Of a stretch of DNA of 64,000 nt, positions 37,566-49,851 are shown piece by piece. The stretch is taken from assembly GCF_964355755.1 (NCBI RefSeq), contig NC_092679.1, forward strand, positions 11,391,432 to 11,455,431. The letters run 5' to 3'. The notes below the pieces were generated by a model that had not been told where the DNA came from, made no database searches, and saw only the letters and a program-made list of their open reading frames with translations. How positions within the stretch are numbered: the first letter of the stretch is position 1; each line of letters starts with the position of its first letter. Source of the stretch: Antedon mediterranea (Eukaryota > Animalia > Echinodermata). A program made the translations under genes and the position numbers.

Positions 37566-39668
37566 CTCGCAGGATATGGAAGTACTACAAAATCGGGTAG
37601 ACGAACTACATAGTTATTTTTGGCATTCCAGAGCAGTCGGAAGGTAATAACTGTTCAGATTATATCCTAGGCTTCTTTAAAACATACCTGAAAGTGGATA
37701 GTAATAGGCCTATGGACATAGAACGAGCTCACCGTACCCCGACATTCCTGCCCACAGGCCACTTGTTAGATTGGAGTGGGGCCTTGATTGTTTTTTTAGT
37801 TCATATCGTAGTAATGCAAGGGGAGTCGCAATCTTTTTCAATAATAACTTTCCCTACACTGTTACAAAGCATAAAAAAGATAATGATGGAAATATGTTAG
37901 CTTTGGAGGTAAAGGTTGATGATCTAAAATTTACGCTAATCTCAATTTATGGGCCCAACAACGACACCCCCGGTTTTTACGACAATATGAGGGAAGTTGT
38001 TTTAGAATATGAAAACCCACATAATATCGTTTGCGGCGACTGGAACTGTATTTTTGACAAAAAATTAGACTGTAAAAATTATCTAAAACTTAATAATCCA
38101 AAGGCAAGAGAAAAGATAATAAATATTTGTAGTGAATTTAATCTTACAGATGTTTGGCGTGTTTACAACCAAGATGAACAAAAGTTTACCTGGAGACAGA
38201 ATAAATTCAATAAACAAGCCAGGCTTGATTATTTCCTAATCTCATCTGAACTAAACAGCAAAATGCTGGATTGTAATATAAAACTAGGTTACCGAACCGA
38301 TCACTCACTCGTAGATATTAAAATGACGATGAAGCAGATAAAACACGGGCCAGGATACTGGAAATTTGACAATACCTTATTAAAAGATATTCAATACGTG
38401 CAACAAGTTAAAGAAACCATAAATAGAGTCCTAAAACAATATATAGTGCAAAACGAAAAAGATAATAAAGATGCTAATAAAGCGCTGTTTAGCATCAGTG
38501 ATCAACTTCTTTTAGAAATGATATTAATGGAAATTAGAGCAAAAACAATTTCTTACGGGGCTTATAAGAAAAAGATTGAAAATAAAAAAAAAAAAAAATT
38601 AGAAAGGGAAATAGAAAAAATAACACTTGATATCAATAATGGCGACGCCACGTTAAATGATACACTAGAACTTAAGTCCGGCGAACTTATGAGTAACAGA
38701 AAAGTGAAGATGGAAAGAATAATGATGAAAACTAAACTTAAATGGATCGAAGAAGGCGAAAGGCCCACCAAATTTTTTTTTAACATGGAAAAGAAAAATT
38801 TTGTTGATAAAACTATAAATAAAATAGTAAAGGAAAGCAACAATAGTATTCTGCAAAACACAAATGAAATTCTTGTTGAGTCTAGACACTTTTATAAAAA
38901 CCTTTATTCCTCAAACCACAATACAGATGATGAAAAAAATATTGTAAAACTTCTTAAAACTATGAATACATTACCAACATTAAGAAAAGAACAACAAAAT
39001 AAAATTGAAGGGCCAATTACTTATAATGAACTTTTAGTGGCTCTTAAGAGGTCACAAAATGGAAAGTCACCTGGTATTGACGGCTTTAGCTATGAGTTTT
39101 TTAAGTTCTTTTTTGCGGATTTAGTTTGCTATCTTTTGAGAGCTATTAACGAGTCATATAAATCAGGTCAACTGTCAACTTCCCAAAAGTCAGGAATAAT
39201 TACTTTACTCCCTAAGGGGGATAAACCCAGAGAGTATCTAAAAAGCTGGAGACCTATTACCCTGTTAAGTGTCACTTATAAACTTGTTTCGTCATGCATT
39301 GCAGAACGAATAAAATCGGTCCTTGATATATTAATTAGTGAACAACAGAAAGGATTTATTAATGGGAGATATATAGGCGAAAATACAAGACTTATGTATG
39401 ATATTATTCAAATTTGTGAAAAGAAGAAAATTCCTGGTCTGCTTTTACTGATAGACTTTGAAAAAGCGTTCGACTGCATTTCTCACACATTTGTTAACTG
39501 CGTTCTTAAACATTTTAACTTCGGACAATCCATTCAAAAATGGGTGAAAGTACTATATAAAGATGCAAGATCCTCAGTTCTTGTCAATGGCTTTCTCTCC
39601 GAATCATTCTTAATCGAAAGAGGATGTAGACAAGGGGATGGGTTGAGTCCATACCTGTTTCTTCTGTG
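37566..39668 (+). mobile_element. Tx1/L1-clade LINE fragment: ORF1 remnant joined by deletion to APE and the N-terminal half of RT
   Basis: DIERAHRTP (37694..). ORF 37771..39705 has ARGVAIFF, CGDWN, ARLDYFL, TDH, GKSPGIDG, WRPITLL, DFEKAFD and RQGDGLSPYLF, and is truncated before YADD. Confidence 0.9.
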
Positions 39669-40243
39669 CGATTCCACTACACGATATATTCTGCGAGTTT
39701 GCTAGTGTAGACTGCGCATTACTTTTATACATACAAACATTTCTAGAGATATTAGAAAAAGAACTATCGGAAATACCTTCAATTACTTTTTTACAGTCTC
39801 GTGCGATTCCACTATACGATATATTCACGTCGAAGCCGGTTTGGGCCATTGCCGTTGCAAAGTGTTCTACTACATTTGCTAACAACTTCTTTCTAATTGA
39901 AGTACCTACATTTTTGTCGAACATGTTTGGGGTTAATGTAAACAAGGTGAGATATAAAAATGATAAAAATGTGGTTATAGATCTCATTTCTGTGACGTGT
40001 TGGACAGATATTTTTTTTTTCTCTTTTGTGGCGTGAACCACCACCTTTATTCTTTCATATCATAATTAAATACATTACAAATAAATCAGTAATATCTGTC
40101 TTCATATGTTCTTTCTTTAATTATATTGTTTTCCGTTAATATTCTACATTTTTGTTGGACAGATATAGCTTTCTGATAATACAGTTAAAGCTGTAAGATT
40201 CTCATTTTAATTTGTTATTATTATGTTACTGTTTATCATTTAG

Positions 40244-41839
40244 ATTGGTGTGTTAACCTCAATGCCAAGTTTTATTGCAGCAGTGACTGGCTTATTATCT
40301 GCTGCTGTTGCGGACTATATCATTCAACAAAAATACCTTAGTATTCTGAAAACAAGACATCTATTTGTTGTATTAGGTAGGACTAATCTTTCACAGTGCA
40401 GTTTTAAAACTTTAGTGGAATCTAAGCGGAAGTAATTTCATCCACTTTTAAACGATCTAGTTAAAACATTATTAAAAGTGTAAATTTTTATTTTTTCTAA
40501 TATCTGAGTTGAAACAGGTGTTGTCCTATCTGTTGTCGGTTTTATTCCACTTGTTGTCAATGATTATAATGTATTGGCGGTTGAGATTCTGTATATTGTG
40601 TTTTTCGCTGTTTATGGTTTCAATAGTGCTTCGGTTTTTCCAAACGCAATGGATATAACAGACGAATATGCTGGATGTGTGGCGGGAGCCACACACACAT
40701 TTGCAAGCTGCACTGGAATCATCCCGATTGTTACTGGACTTGTAATTAAAGAACAGGTAGGCCTAAATAAAACCACAATGGTAATTCGTAGTCTATTTAA
40801 CCATTAAACAAAATAAACTTAGGCCTGTACTAGGGATAATCCGGAATAACTATAGATTTTTATTTAAAGAAAAAAAAATTAAGGTCAAAATATTCTAAAT
40901 TTGAATTGGCCATATCAAAGTAATATTAAAGTTGTTCACTTTAAGTCGAAAATTCGAGCCAAAAACAAAAAGTTTACGTAATTAACATGTAAATTAGTTT
41001 GATTACATTTCGTCTGGAAAATCGTCGCGAGCTAAAGTAAACAAAGATTTCAAACCACGAGTATGCATTAGCATTATGCTAATTTGGATTGTTTACAACT
41101 CGTCACTGTTGAGAAGGTGTTTTCACACAGATCGCGAGGAAGTTTATGATTATGCATACAGAGTGGCCAAACAAGCGCGTTCCATTATGGGACATTTTTT
41201 GATCGAAAACTTTGTCTGTAAGTCAAAGTTATTTTTGAACAAAAAAACATTTGATTGAAATTTATATTTATACTGGGTAACCTCTTCAGTCAAAGACTGA
41301 TCTCCCAGAGGGCCCAGTTGGTGATCAGTGGCTGTGATGTACTAATACACCGGGGTAACCCCCTACTCGTCTCGAAAGATGTACTAGGTTCTTTAAAGTG
41401 CACACGAGCTAGATGTGTACACTGGACCTACGGTTTATAGTCCTTATCCGAGAAGACTCGTTCTACCACCAGAACCATGGAGTGAGTGAGCCTCGAACCC
41501 CTGCCGATGTTATGGCTACGTAAACATCTGTATTTCAGTTAAATGGTTTTTTTTCCGACTAATTTTTGGTGAAAGTTAATTACTATTATGATACTTTATC
41601 CATAAACGTGCTTCTCACCATGATAATTATGTCCATAAAATGTTTATTTTCAGAATTCTCTCGAAAGATGGATTGTCTTATTTTCAGAATTCTCTCGAAC
41701 GATGGATTGTCTTATTTTAACGGGTGGAATCAATTTACTAGGAATGGTGTATTTTATCATGTTTTCCGAAGCTGAACAGCAAGTTTGGTCAGAGCAGAAA
41801 AACAAGAAAGATGAGAGAAGCGGTCTAATTATAAAATAA
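40244..41839 (+). CDS. SLC17 family (sialin/VGLUT-like) MFS transporter, last three coding exons only; possibly a gene fragment
   Basis: Exons 40244-40376, 40518-40756 and 41654-41839 (GT-AG, phases 1 and 0). GVLTSMP..AAVADYIIQQKYLSILKTRHLF, NAMDITDEYAGCVAGATHTFASCTGIIPIVTG, ERW.VLF..G...F..F.EAEQQVW are SLC17-type C-terminal helices. No upstream exons recognised in the window. Confidence 0.75.
41265..41523 (-). mobile_element. tRNA-derived SINE with a Deu/Nin-type central domain
   Basis: Minus strand: B box GGTTCGAGGC, then GTCTTCTCGGATAAGGACTATAAACCGTAGGTCC..AAAGAACC..GAGTAGGGGGTTACCCCGGTGT, which resembles the Deu/Nin core as I recall it. Relatives at 32458 and 50690. Confidence 0.7.
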
Positions 41840-42931
41840 ATAAATATCATATCATAACATAGCCACGAAACGAGAATATGGACTAGGCTATAACAATTTA
41901 CATTATAACACCAAGAATGTAGCCAAGAACAAAATAAGAAAAACTGCAGAGACTTTAACGTAGCCGGGGAACGATGTTTTTAATATCTATTCTTTATTTT
42001 ATTTTATTTTATTTTATTTTATTCAGTCAAAACCAACAGCAATAATTACCGCCACTAACAAGTTTATCAAACTAATTTTTTTTTTATTCGTGTGTTGGTT
42101 CTGTTTATTATTCATAGCAAAACAAACAATAGACCCACCGAATGAACAGATAGCATTTTGTTTCTATTCAAATGGGAATGAGATCATATAATTTGAGATG
42201 GATAGATCAAATACCTCTCAACTCTGGTGTCACTATCAGGTTGTGAGTAAGTAAGTGATCCTCCATAACTTAGTTTACGTTTAATATACACAAGCTCATA
42301 AATGTGGGCCCATAGCCCGACATACAGTGCGATGAAGACCATCGTTTTCTTTTCATAATAACTCTTTAATTAATCTGTAAAAACTCAAGGATAATATTTA
42401 AGTTCGATTATCAATGACTTAAACACTTAGCACTCCTCCTAAAGGCCTTTTGAATGGTGTATATAATACTGTATCATCTGTTTTGTTGTAAATATTAATG
42501 TATTGCTGTTGTTAATGTTTTAAATACGAATACACATGGATAAAAAAGTTTAAAAATACACAAAAATAAAGGAAAAAAGAGGAGAATATTGGTTAATAAC
42601 AAATTAAACATATGTGCATATAAAGATACAACAACAATAATATTTTAATTGTTATTATGCCCTTTATTAGGCCTATATTTGATTGATTTAGGTGTTTTCA
42701 AATAAAACAATTCTGCAAAACTACTTACTAACTAGTTTATTTTTGTAGTTGAAATCGTATATTTTTAATTTTGAAAAGACTGAATTTTACTATATTTTGT
42801 ATTAATATGGAAATTTTTTTTTTATTCGGATCGTCTTCTGAAAAAGGCAGTGGCTGTCAAAGATGATCAATTTCATCCGGCCTGTAGTATGTTCCAGTTG
42901 ATGCGCAGCGGTCGGCGATTTCGTTCTATTA

Positions 42932-43112
42932 AGCTTGGTTCCCACTAGAACGTAACGCAAGGATGTAAACGCAACGCAAGCGTTTTAACCAATGACAAGG
43001 GAAGTTAAGACAGTTAGCAACCACAAGCGAATAAGCCATCGATTGTGATTGGTCAATTCACTTGCGTTGCGTTGTTACGTCCTTGTGTTGCGTCGCTAGT
43101 GGGAACCTAGCT
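42932..43112. mobile_element. Short MITE (Harbinger-like)
   Basis: AGCTTGGTTCCCACTAG..AACGCAAGGA / TCCTTGTGTT..CTAGTGGGAACCTAGCT, set in TTAA context at both ends. Confidence 0.7.
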
Positions 43113-43741
43113 TAAAGGCCAATAAGGCACGATTTACAAATAGTTTCTTTCCAGGAGCTATTAGAGTCTTAAACATCATGTAGACACTTTTTGTAATGTT
43201 TTTGTTCTGAGTTCGTGTTGTGTCCGTTGGATATTGTGCTTCGCCAACAGAGCAAACAAAATTTCTATGTTTTTTCTTAAAACAAATGACAATAAATGAT
43301 ACTTGACTTGACTTGATAATGTAATATTCATGTACAGAACCTTGAGCCCTCTATAGTAATTAATAATAAAATATAATAGTTAATTAATTAATTAATAGTT
43401 TTGACTTCCTAGTTTGAAGAGAGCGCTCCATGCTGTGAATCAGAGCTGTCACGTCTGTGAAAATCGTAGCTCAGTTTTGACCCTGTACTTCAAATACCGT
43501 GTTTTGGATACCGGCACGAAGTTGGTTACTTATTCCTTATTCGATATTCAATTTTTGTTGTGAAGTTGGATCCTTATTCGACATTTACATTCACATGTAT
43601 GGGGCGCAATATGTGTAATATTTTAATTAAATGATTTTATACTTACGGCTTAGACTAACTAGGGCTATGATTTATAGGGCTATAACTGCGTTATAAACGG
43701 CATGGACCGGGATGACGATACATGGGTTGGGGCGAGTAGGG

Positions 43742-45550
43742 CAGGCCCGTAGCCAGGGGGTTTTTGGGGTTCGGGCGAACCCCCACTTTTGCGCGAACCC
43801 CCTTTTACCAGCGAACCCCCCTTGAAAAACAAAGGCCCCACTTCCAAAATCGTGCAATTAATTATCAATTATAGCAGGTTTTTTGGTCATTTTACTTCTA
43901 TTGACTATGTTTAAATCGATCGAATTGTCCGATGTCAAAGTCACTGCTGAGCGTGAGATCGAGAGATTGTTGAGAGATGATGGTTATAAATATGACAGAA
44001 AATGGATTGACCAATCGCGTGCTTCGGTCGGGCTTTTCGGAACGCACAAGATCACGTTCAGTTCAGTTCAATCTTTTTGGGGATTTTTATTTTTTTCCTG
44101 GAAATATTTTTCATTAAACCAAAGAATTTCACTGTGTAAACTTGAATAAAAATGGTGCTGATTTAAATTGATACGTGTACGTAGGCCTACCGTATATTTC
44201 GGTGTATAAGACGCACTTTTGACACGCAAATTTGACCTCTAAATGTTACCCTAATTAATTTAATTACAGTACCTACTAATACTTAAATTAATTAAAAATA
44301 GTGTACTACTCTGCAATGTAGGCCTAGCTAGTTCTCACTTCTGTCTAACCACAGTGTGGTAACAAGTTTATTGAATTTTTAGTTAAGGTAAATTGTCATC
44401 CTCAACTGCATTAATTAATATTACAGTACGCATTAGATATTCTACCCAGGCTAGGCCTAGTAGTACTCGCGGGTGTGTATTCTAGCAGCATGCAGCATCA
44501 CAGCGCAACACATTTATGGAAGAGTCCATTAATTACGGTGGTGTCACATTTTAATTACACAATAACTATTTCCCTTGATCACGGTGGTTTATTTTTATTA
44601 CATCTCTATGTCAACAATCACATAATTTTATAATCATGTAGGCAATAGTTCGTATGTCAAGCGATATCTAAAAGAGTGTGTTGTTATTGTGTTAAGTAGC
44701 TTCCCCTAATCTCATAGTGTATATGGCCAACAGTGCTGGCCACCAGGCAAGGAGCACATGGTTAGTAATATTGCTGTAATGCATGCATGGAAATAGGAAA
44801 GATTTCATATAGGCCTACCCACCATGATATTCCTGGTTCATTACCAGCCCAAAAAACTGAACATCATTTGGATTGATTTTATAATGGTCATACACACAAT
44901 AAGAAGGTATATATTTAAATAATATGAAATTAAAGTTACTTAAATAGACATAGGCTAGCCCTACCCACACAGTGCATCGTAACCCTTTTCATTGAACGTT
45001 CAGTTGAAGTAGAGTACGATGTAATAAAGGCAATCAAACAAAATTATATCATTTGATTCTAATAAATATGTCTCAAATATCGTTGTTTTATTATTAAAAT
45101 ACCATTGTTTTGATTGTAAAATGTTTAAATTTCGGCCTAGAAATAAGTGCGTCTTATGCATCGACAACATAAAAAATACTAATATTTCAGTCTCCGTTAT
45201 GGGTGCGTCTTATACACAGGTGCGACTTGTACACCGAAATATACGGTACTATTTGTTTTTTATGTTTATAGGATAAGAAATTATTTAAGGGCCTAATATA
45301 ATATACTTTTTTGCAACAATAAAGCTGTATTTCATGATCAGTACTACTAACTTCCATAATACTGTACTATATAATTTCTCTGCATAACTCAGATTTTAGT
45401 AGGCAAAAAATGTCTCTGTAAGCTTATTAAAACAACCGAAATTGCTCTGAGAGCCAAAGCTTCCAGGGGCCTTCGCCCCCTGGACCCCGACCGGGGGCCC
45501 TTGGCGGCCCCCTGGCCCCCACCCTACAGTTGCTCGCTGCGCTCGCAAAA
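43742..45550. mobile_element. hAT-like non-autonomous element, left end and internal part; right TIR missing
   Basis: Begins CAGGCCCGTAGCCAGGGGG followed by gcgaacccc repeats. Internal gcttccaggggccttcgccccctggacccc GC-rich motif at 45460-45530. Confidence 0.5.
44190..45246. mobile_element. Tc1/mariner (pogo/Tigger-like) MITE
   Basis: TA|CCGTATATTTCGGTGTATAAGACGCAC ... GTGCGACTTGTACACCGAAATATACGG|TA. The right about 300 bp is duplicated at 45572-45897. Confidence 0.8.
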
Positions 45551-46322
45551 TACTTGGTGTCTAGTATTCTAAGGCTAGCCCTACCCACACAGCAGTGCAT
45601 CGTAACTGAAACAATATGGGGATTTTCCTATTCATTGAACGTTCAGTTGAAGTAGAGACTGATTACGATGTAATAAAGGCAATCAAACAAAATTATATCA
45701 TTTGATTCTAATAAATATGTCTCAAATATCGTTGTTTTATTATTAAAAAATACCATTGTTTTGATTGTAAAATGTTTAAATTTCGGCCTAGAAATAAGTG
45801 CGTCTTATGCATCGACTACATAAAAAATACTAATATTTCAGTCTCCGTTATGGGTACGTCTTATACACAGGTGCGACTTCTACACCGAAATATACGGTGT
45901 TGCGTCGCTAGTGGGAACCTAGCTTAAAGGCCAATAAGGCACGATTTACAAATAGTTTCTTTCCAGGAGCTATTAGAGTCTTAAACATCATGTAGACACT
46001 TTTTGTAATGTTTTTGTTCTGAGTTCGTGTTGTGTCCGTTGGATATTGTGCTTCGCCAACAGAGCAAACAGAATTTCTATGTTTTTTCTTAAAACAAATG
46101 ACAATAAATGATACTTGACTTGACTTGATAATGTAATATTCATGTACAGAACCTTGAGCCCTCTATAGTAATTAATAATAAAATATAATAGTTAATTAAT
46201 TAATTAATTAATAGTTTTGACTTCCTAGTTTGGAGAGAGCGCTCCATGCTGTGAATCAGAGCTGTCACGTCTGTGAAAATCGTAGCTCAGTTTTGACCCT
46301 GTACTTCAAATACCGTGTTTTG

Positions 46323-47435
46323 AATACCGTCGCGAAGTTGGTTACTTAATTCCTTATTCGATATTCAATTTTTGTTGTGAAGTTGGATCCTTATTCGACA
46401 TTCACAATCACATGTATGGGGCGCAATATGTGTAATATTTTAATTAAATGATTTTATACTTACGGCTTAGACTAACTAGGGCTATGATTTATAGGGCTAT
46501 AACTTCGTTATAAACGGCATGGACCGGGATGACGATACATGGGTTGGGGCGAGTAGGGTCCAGTCATTTCAGAAAAATACCACTTGCCCCGGTGCATGCC
46601 GTCTAGCTGTCATTTTACGCCATTTTAAAACGTTACTACAATTTAAGTTTTTTTAAAATAAAAAATGCAATATAACCGCATGATTTATAGGGCTATAATT
46701 ACGTTATAAACGGCATGGACCGGGATGACGATACATGGGTTGGGGCTAGTAGGGCCCAGTCGTTTCAGAAAAATACCACTTGCCCCGGTCCATGCCGCGC
46801 CGTCTAGCTGCCATTTTACGCCATTTTAAATCGTTACTACAATTTAACGTATTTTAAAATAAAAAATCCAATATAACCGCATGATTATACCGGGACTAGT
46901 GGTATTTTTCTGAAATGACTGGACCCTACTCGCCCCAACCCATGTATCGTCATCCCGGTCCATGCCGTTTATAACGAAGTTATAGCCCTATAGCCCTAGT
47001 TAGTCTAAGCCGTAAGTATAAAATCATTTAATCCCGGTCCATGCCGTTTATAACGTAATTATAGCCCTATAAATCATACGTTTATATTTCATTTTTTATT
47101 TAAAAAAAAGTTAAATTGTGGTAACGTTTTAAAATGGCGTAAAATGACAGCTAGACGGCATGGACCGGGGCAAGTGGTATTTTTCTGAAATGAATGGACC
47201 CTACTCGCCCCAACCCATGTATCGTCATCCCGGTCCATGCCGTTTATAACGAAGTTATAGCCCTATAAATCATAGCCCTAGTTAGTCTAAGCCGTTAAGT
47301 ATAAAATCATTTAATTAAAATATTACACATATTGCGCCCCATACATGTGATTGTGAATGTCGAATAAGGATCCAACTTCACAACAAAAATTGAATATCGA
47401 ATAAGGAATAAGTAACCAACTTCACGCCGGTGTTC
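46323..47435. mobile_element. Foldback-like element (about 1.1 kb), almost entirely inverted repeat with internal ~190-bp units
   Basis: 46330-46690 is the reverse complement of 47065-47428. The unit ataaacggcatggaccgggatgacgatacatgggttgggg occurs at about 46510 and 46706 (+), and inverted at about 46932 and 47207. Confidence 0.75.
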
Positions 47436-47799
47436 TTTGCTGTCCTGTTAGTTTACCGTCGACGGCTAGTTAGCTAGGCCTAGCTGTAAAAACCTGTTTT
47501 ATCAGAATATAAAAGCTAGAACTTTTTGGTAATATAATTATTTCAATTGTTTTTTTTTATTTTGCGTGGTTCTTTGGCGCGCCGGTTCTTTTACTTACTT
47601 AGGCTAGCCATAGAGATATTATAAATATCTCTAGGCCTAGGCCTAGGCCTAGTAGGGCCTATATGACATGTATGGGCTAGAAAGAGGCCTAACTAGTAGG
47701 GCTAGGCCTATACTAGGCCTAGCCTACTACTAGCTAGGCCTAGGCCTACTAGTGCTAACTAGGCTAGGCCTAGTACAGTAGGCCTAGCTAGGTAGGCCC

Positions 47800-49851
47800 T
47801 AGTCGGGTAGTAACAAAGTGCGAGGCACGCGAGGCAGAGAAGGCATGCGAGGCAAGTCAGAAATTTATGCGAGGCATCGTTTTACCATCATCAAAAAATG
47901 CGAGGCATCATTTTATCATTTCTCAAAATTGCAAGGCAGGAAATCACCGAAATTGAAGTAGCCTAGGCCTAGGCCCGCTAGGCTAGTTTCCTTTTGCACC
48001 TGCCTTGTATTTTAACCAACTTTATCCTGAATACCACAGCTTAGAATTAGTAGGCCTACTTTAATGAAGAAAAATCACATAAAAGTAACAATAAATCCAT
48101 TAAATTGGTGATTTTACAGACGTTGTTTTTCTCGCATTTCGCACACTCAATGTTCAATATTTTGGTTTCTATGGAACGCCAAAAGAGCAAAATTAATTAG
48201 AGGGCTAAAAACTCTGTGGAATCCATTTATATTTAACGCATTATTTGGTGAAAATCAAGTACAATTTCAATAGATTTTGTCACTGTCAGTAATGAAAAAT
48301 GTTACTGTTGATAATGTACACGGTTTCGTTAACATTTTAAAGAATAAAATAGAAAAATTCATCATAATATCCTTAGTAGGATGTCCTAGGTCTAGACTAG
48401 GTAGTGATGTTGATTTAGGATCGATTATTATTCTTTGAAAACAGAACAGTATCAGCAGTAACATATTACAGCATTTTTATTGACAAATTAACAAATATAT
48501 TGAAATAAAACGTGTTTTTCACCAATAAATGCATGAGAAATTGACGCATTCCACTGAGTTTTAGTCCTCTATTATCGTTGCTCTTTTGGCGCTCCATAGA
48601 AACAAAAATATTGAACATTGAATAAGTGAAATTCGCGAACAGTGTGCGAGAAACACGCCTGTAAAATCATTAATTTAAGGATTTATTTGTTACTTTTTAT
48701 GTGATTCTTTCATTAAAGTACTCATGAGGTATACTTCTAAGGTGTGGTATTCACACGATAAAGTTAGTTATCAAATTTGGAGTAAAAATACAAGCGAAGG
48801 AAACTAGCGCCAGGTTTATTAATACGTACATGGACAACAATAAATAAAAATCGTTCGTAATATATCTAGCTTACTAAAACAGGAATAGTGTATCATTATT
48901 AAATATTACACCAATTATTATTATATCAAAATTGATTAAATTATTTTCTACATAGGCCTCTTATCTAGGTTAGGGCTAAGCATATTAGCTAAAGTTTAAT
49001 TTTAGGCCTAGTATTACAATTGTCGGACGTAAATCTTTTTTCACACGCGCTCCAGAATTCTGTCGCAATTTTTTTTCTTTGCGGCATGTTATTGGATCGC
49101 CATATCAGTTACCTTTTATTCACCGCCAGTTATTGAACTTGTCCTGGCAATCGCTGTTCACCTTATTTGCGAGAGAGGTACACCACACGTGTTGTTCCTA
49201 GAGAATGGAATGTCAAAAATGTCTTTGGCACGCCGCTCAGAGAGATGTCTGTGCGTTGCTGCTGAAACCACGTGCTATAGGAGGGGAATGCACCACAATC
49301 CTCTGAGCTGAGGGCTGAATCATTCCGCTACCTGCTAAATAGTAAAGAGGGATTTTCCATCTCTCGGGTCTACCGGATCTAGGCGCAGGGGTGTGACAAA
49401 ATATTATTTTCACTCTGCTATGTTCGAGAGACATGTGAGTGAACACGCTCGAAATGCCAACAAACATTGCAGTCATTTGATGAGTGTGTCGCTTTAACAA
49501 TTATTGTTTATCGAAAGTTAGAGACTGTCGTTCAGATTTTTGAACCGTAGTTTGGGCACTTTTGACACGATATGACTTGAATGAAAAAACAATCGTTACA
49601 TAAAAATAAACAACATGATGAGTGTATACACGAATCTATTTAGATACGCTTGTATCGATTGATTATTAGGCCTATAATATAGCATAATAGCACGTTAAGA
49701 TTTGCCTCGCACCTTTTTGAAATTGTAAACTATATGCCTCGCATGCCTCGCACTTTTGGAAATGATAAAATGATGCCTCGCACAAATATTTGGCATGCCG
49801 CGCATGCCTCGCTTGCCTCGCTGCCTCGCACTTTGTCAACACTCGCCCTAG
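47800..49851. mobile_element. hAT-like non-autonomous element with (gcgaggca) subterminal repeats, containing a nested ~830-bp MITE (about 47980-48810)
   Basis: acaaagtgcgaggca repeats at 47813-47940 mirror tgcctcgca..ctttgt at 49703-49836. Inner inverted repeat ctagtttcctt..ttgtatttta (47983) vs taaaaatacaag..aaggaaactag (48783-48807), extending about 280 bp. Confidence 0.6.

Larger units (their letters stand above)
43086..46558 (+). repeat. Direct duplication of about 660 bp (43086-43741 and 45898-46558) flanking transposon pieces
   Basis: Near-identical sequence from tgttgcgtcgctagtgggaacc to gggttggggcgagtaggg in both copies. Confidence 0.9.

Noticed and set aside
39610-40044. 144-aa minus-strand ORF
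   Set aside because: It spans a junction and a short direct repeat, with no recognisable domain or supported splice structure.
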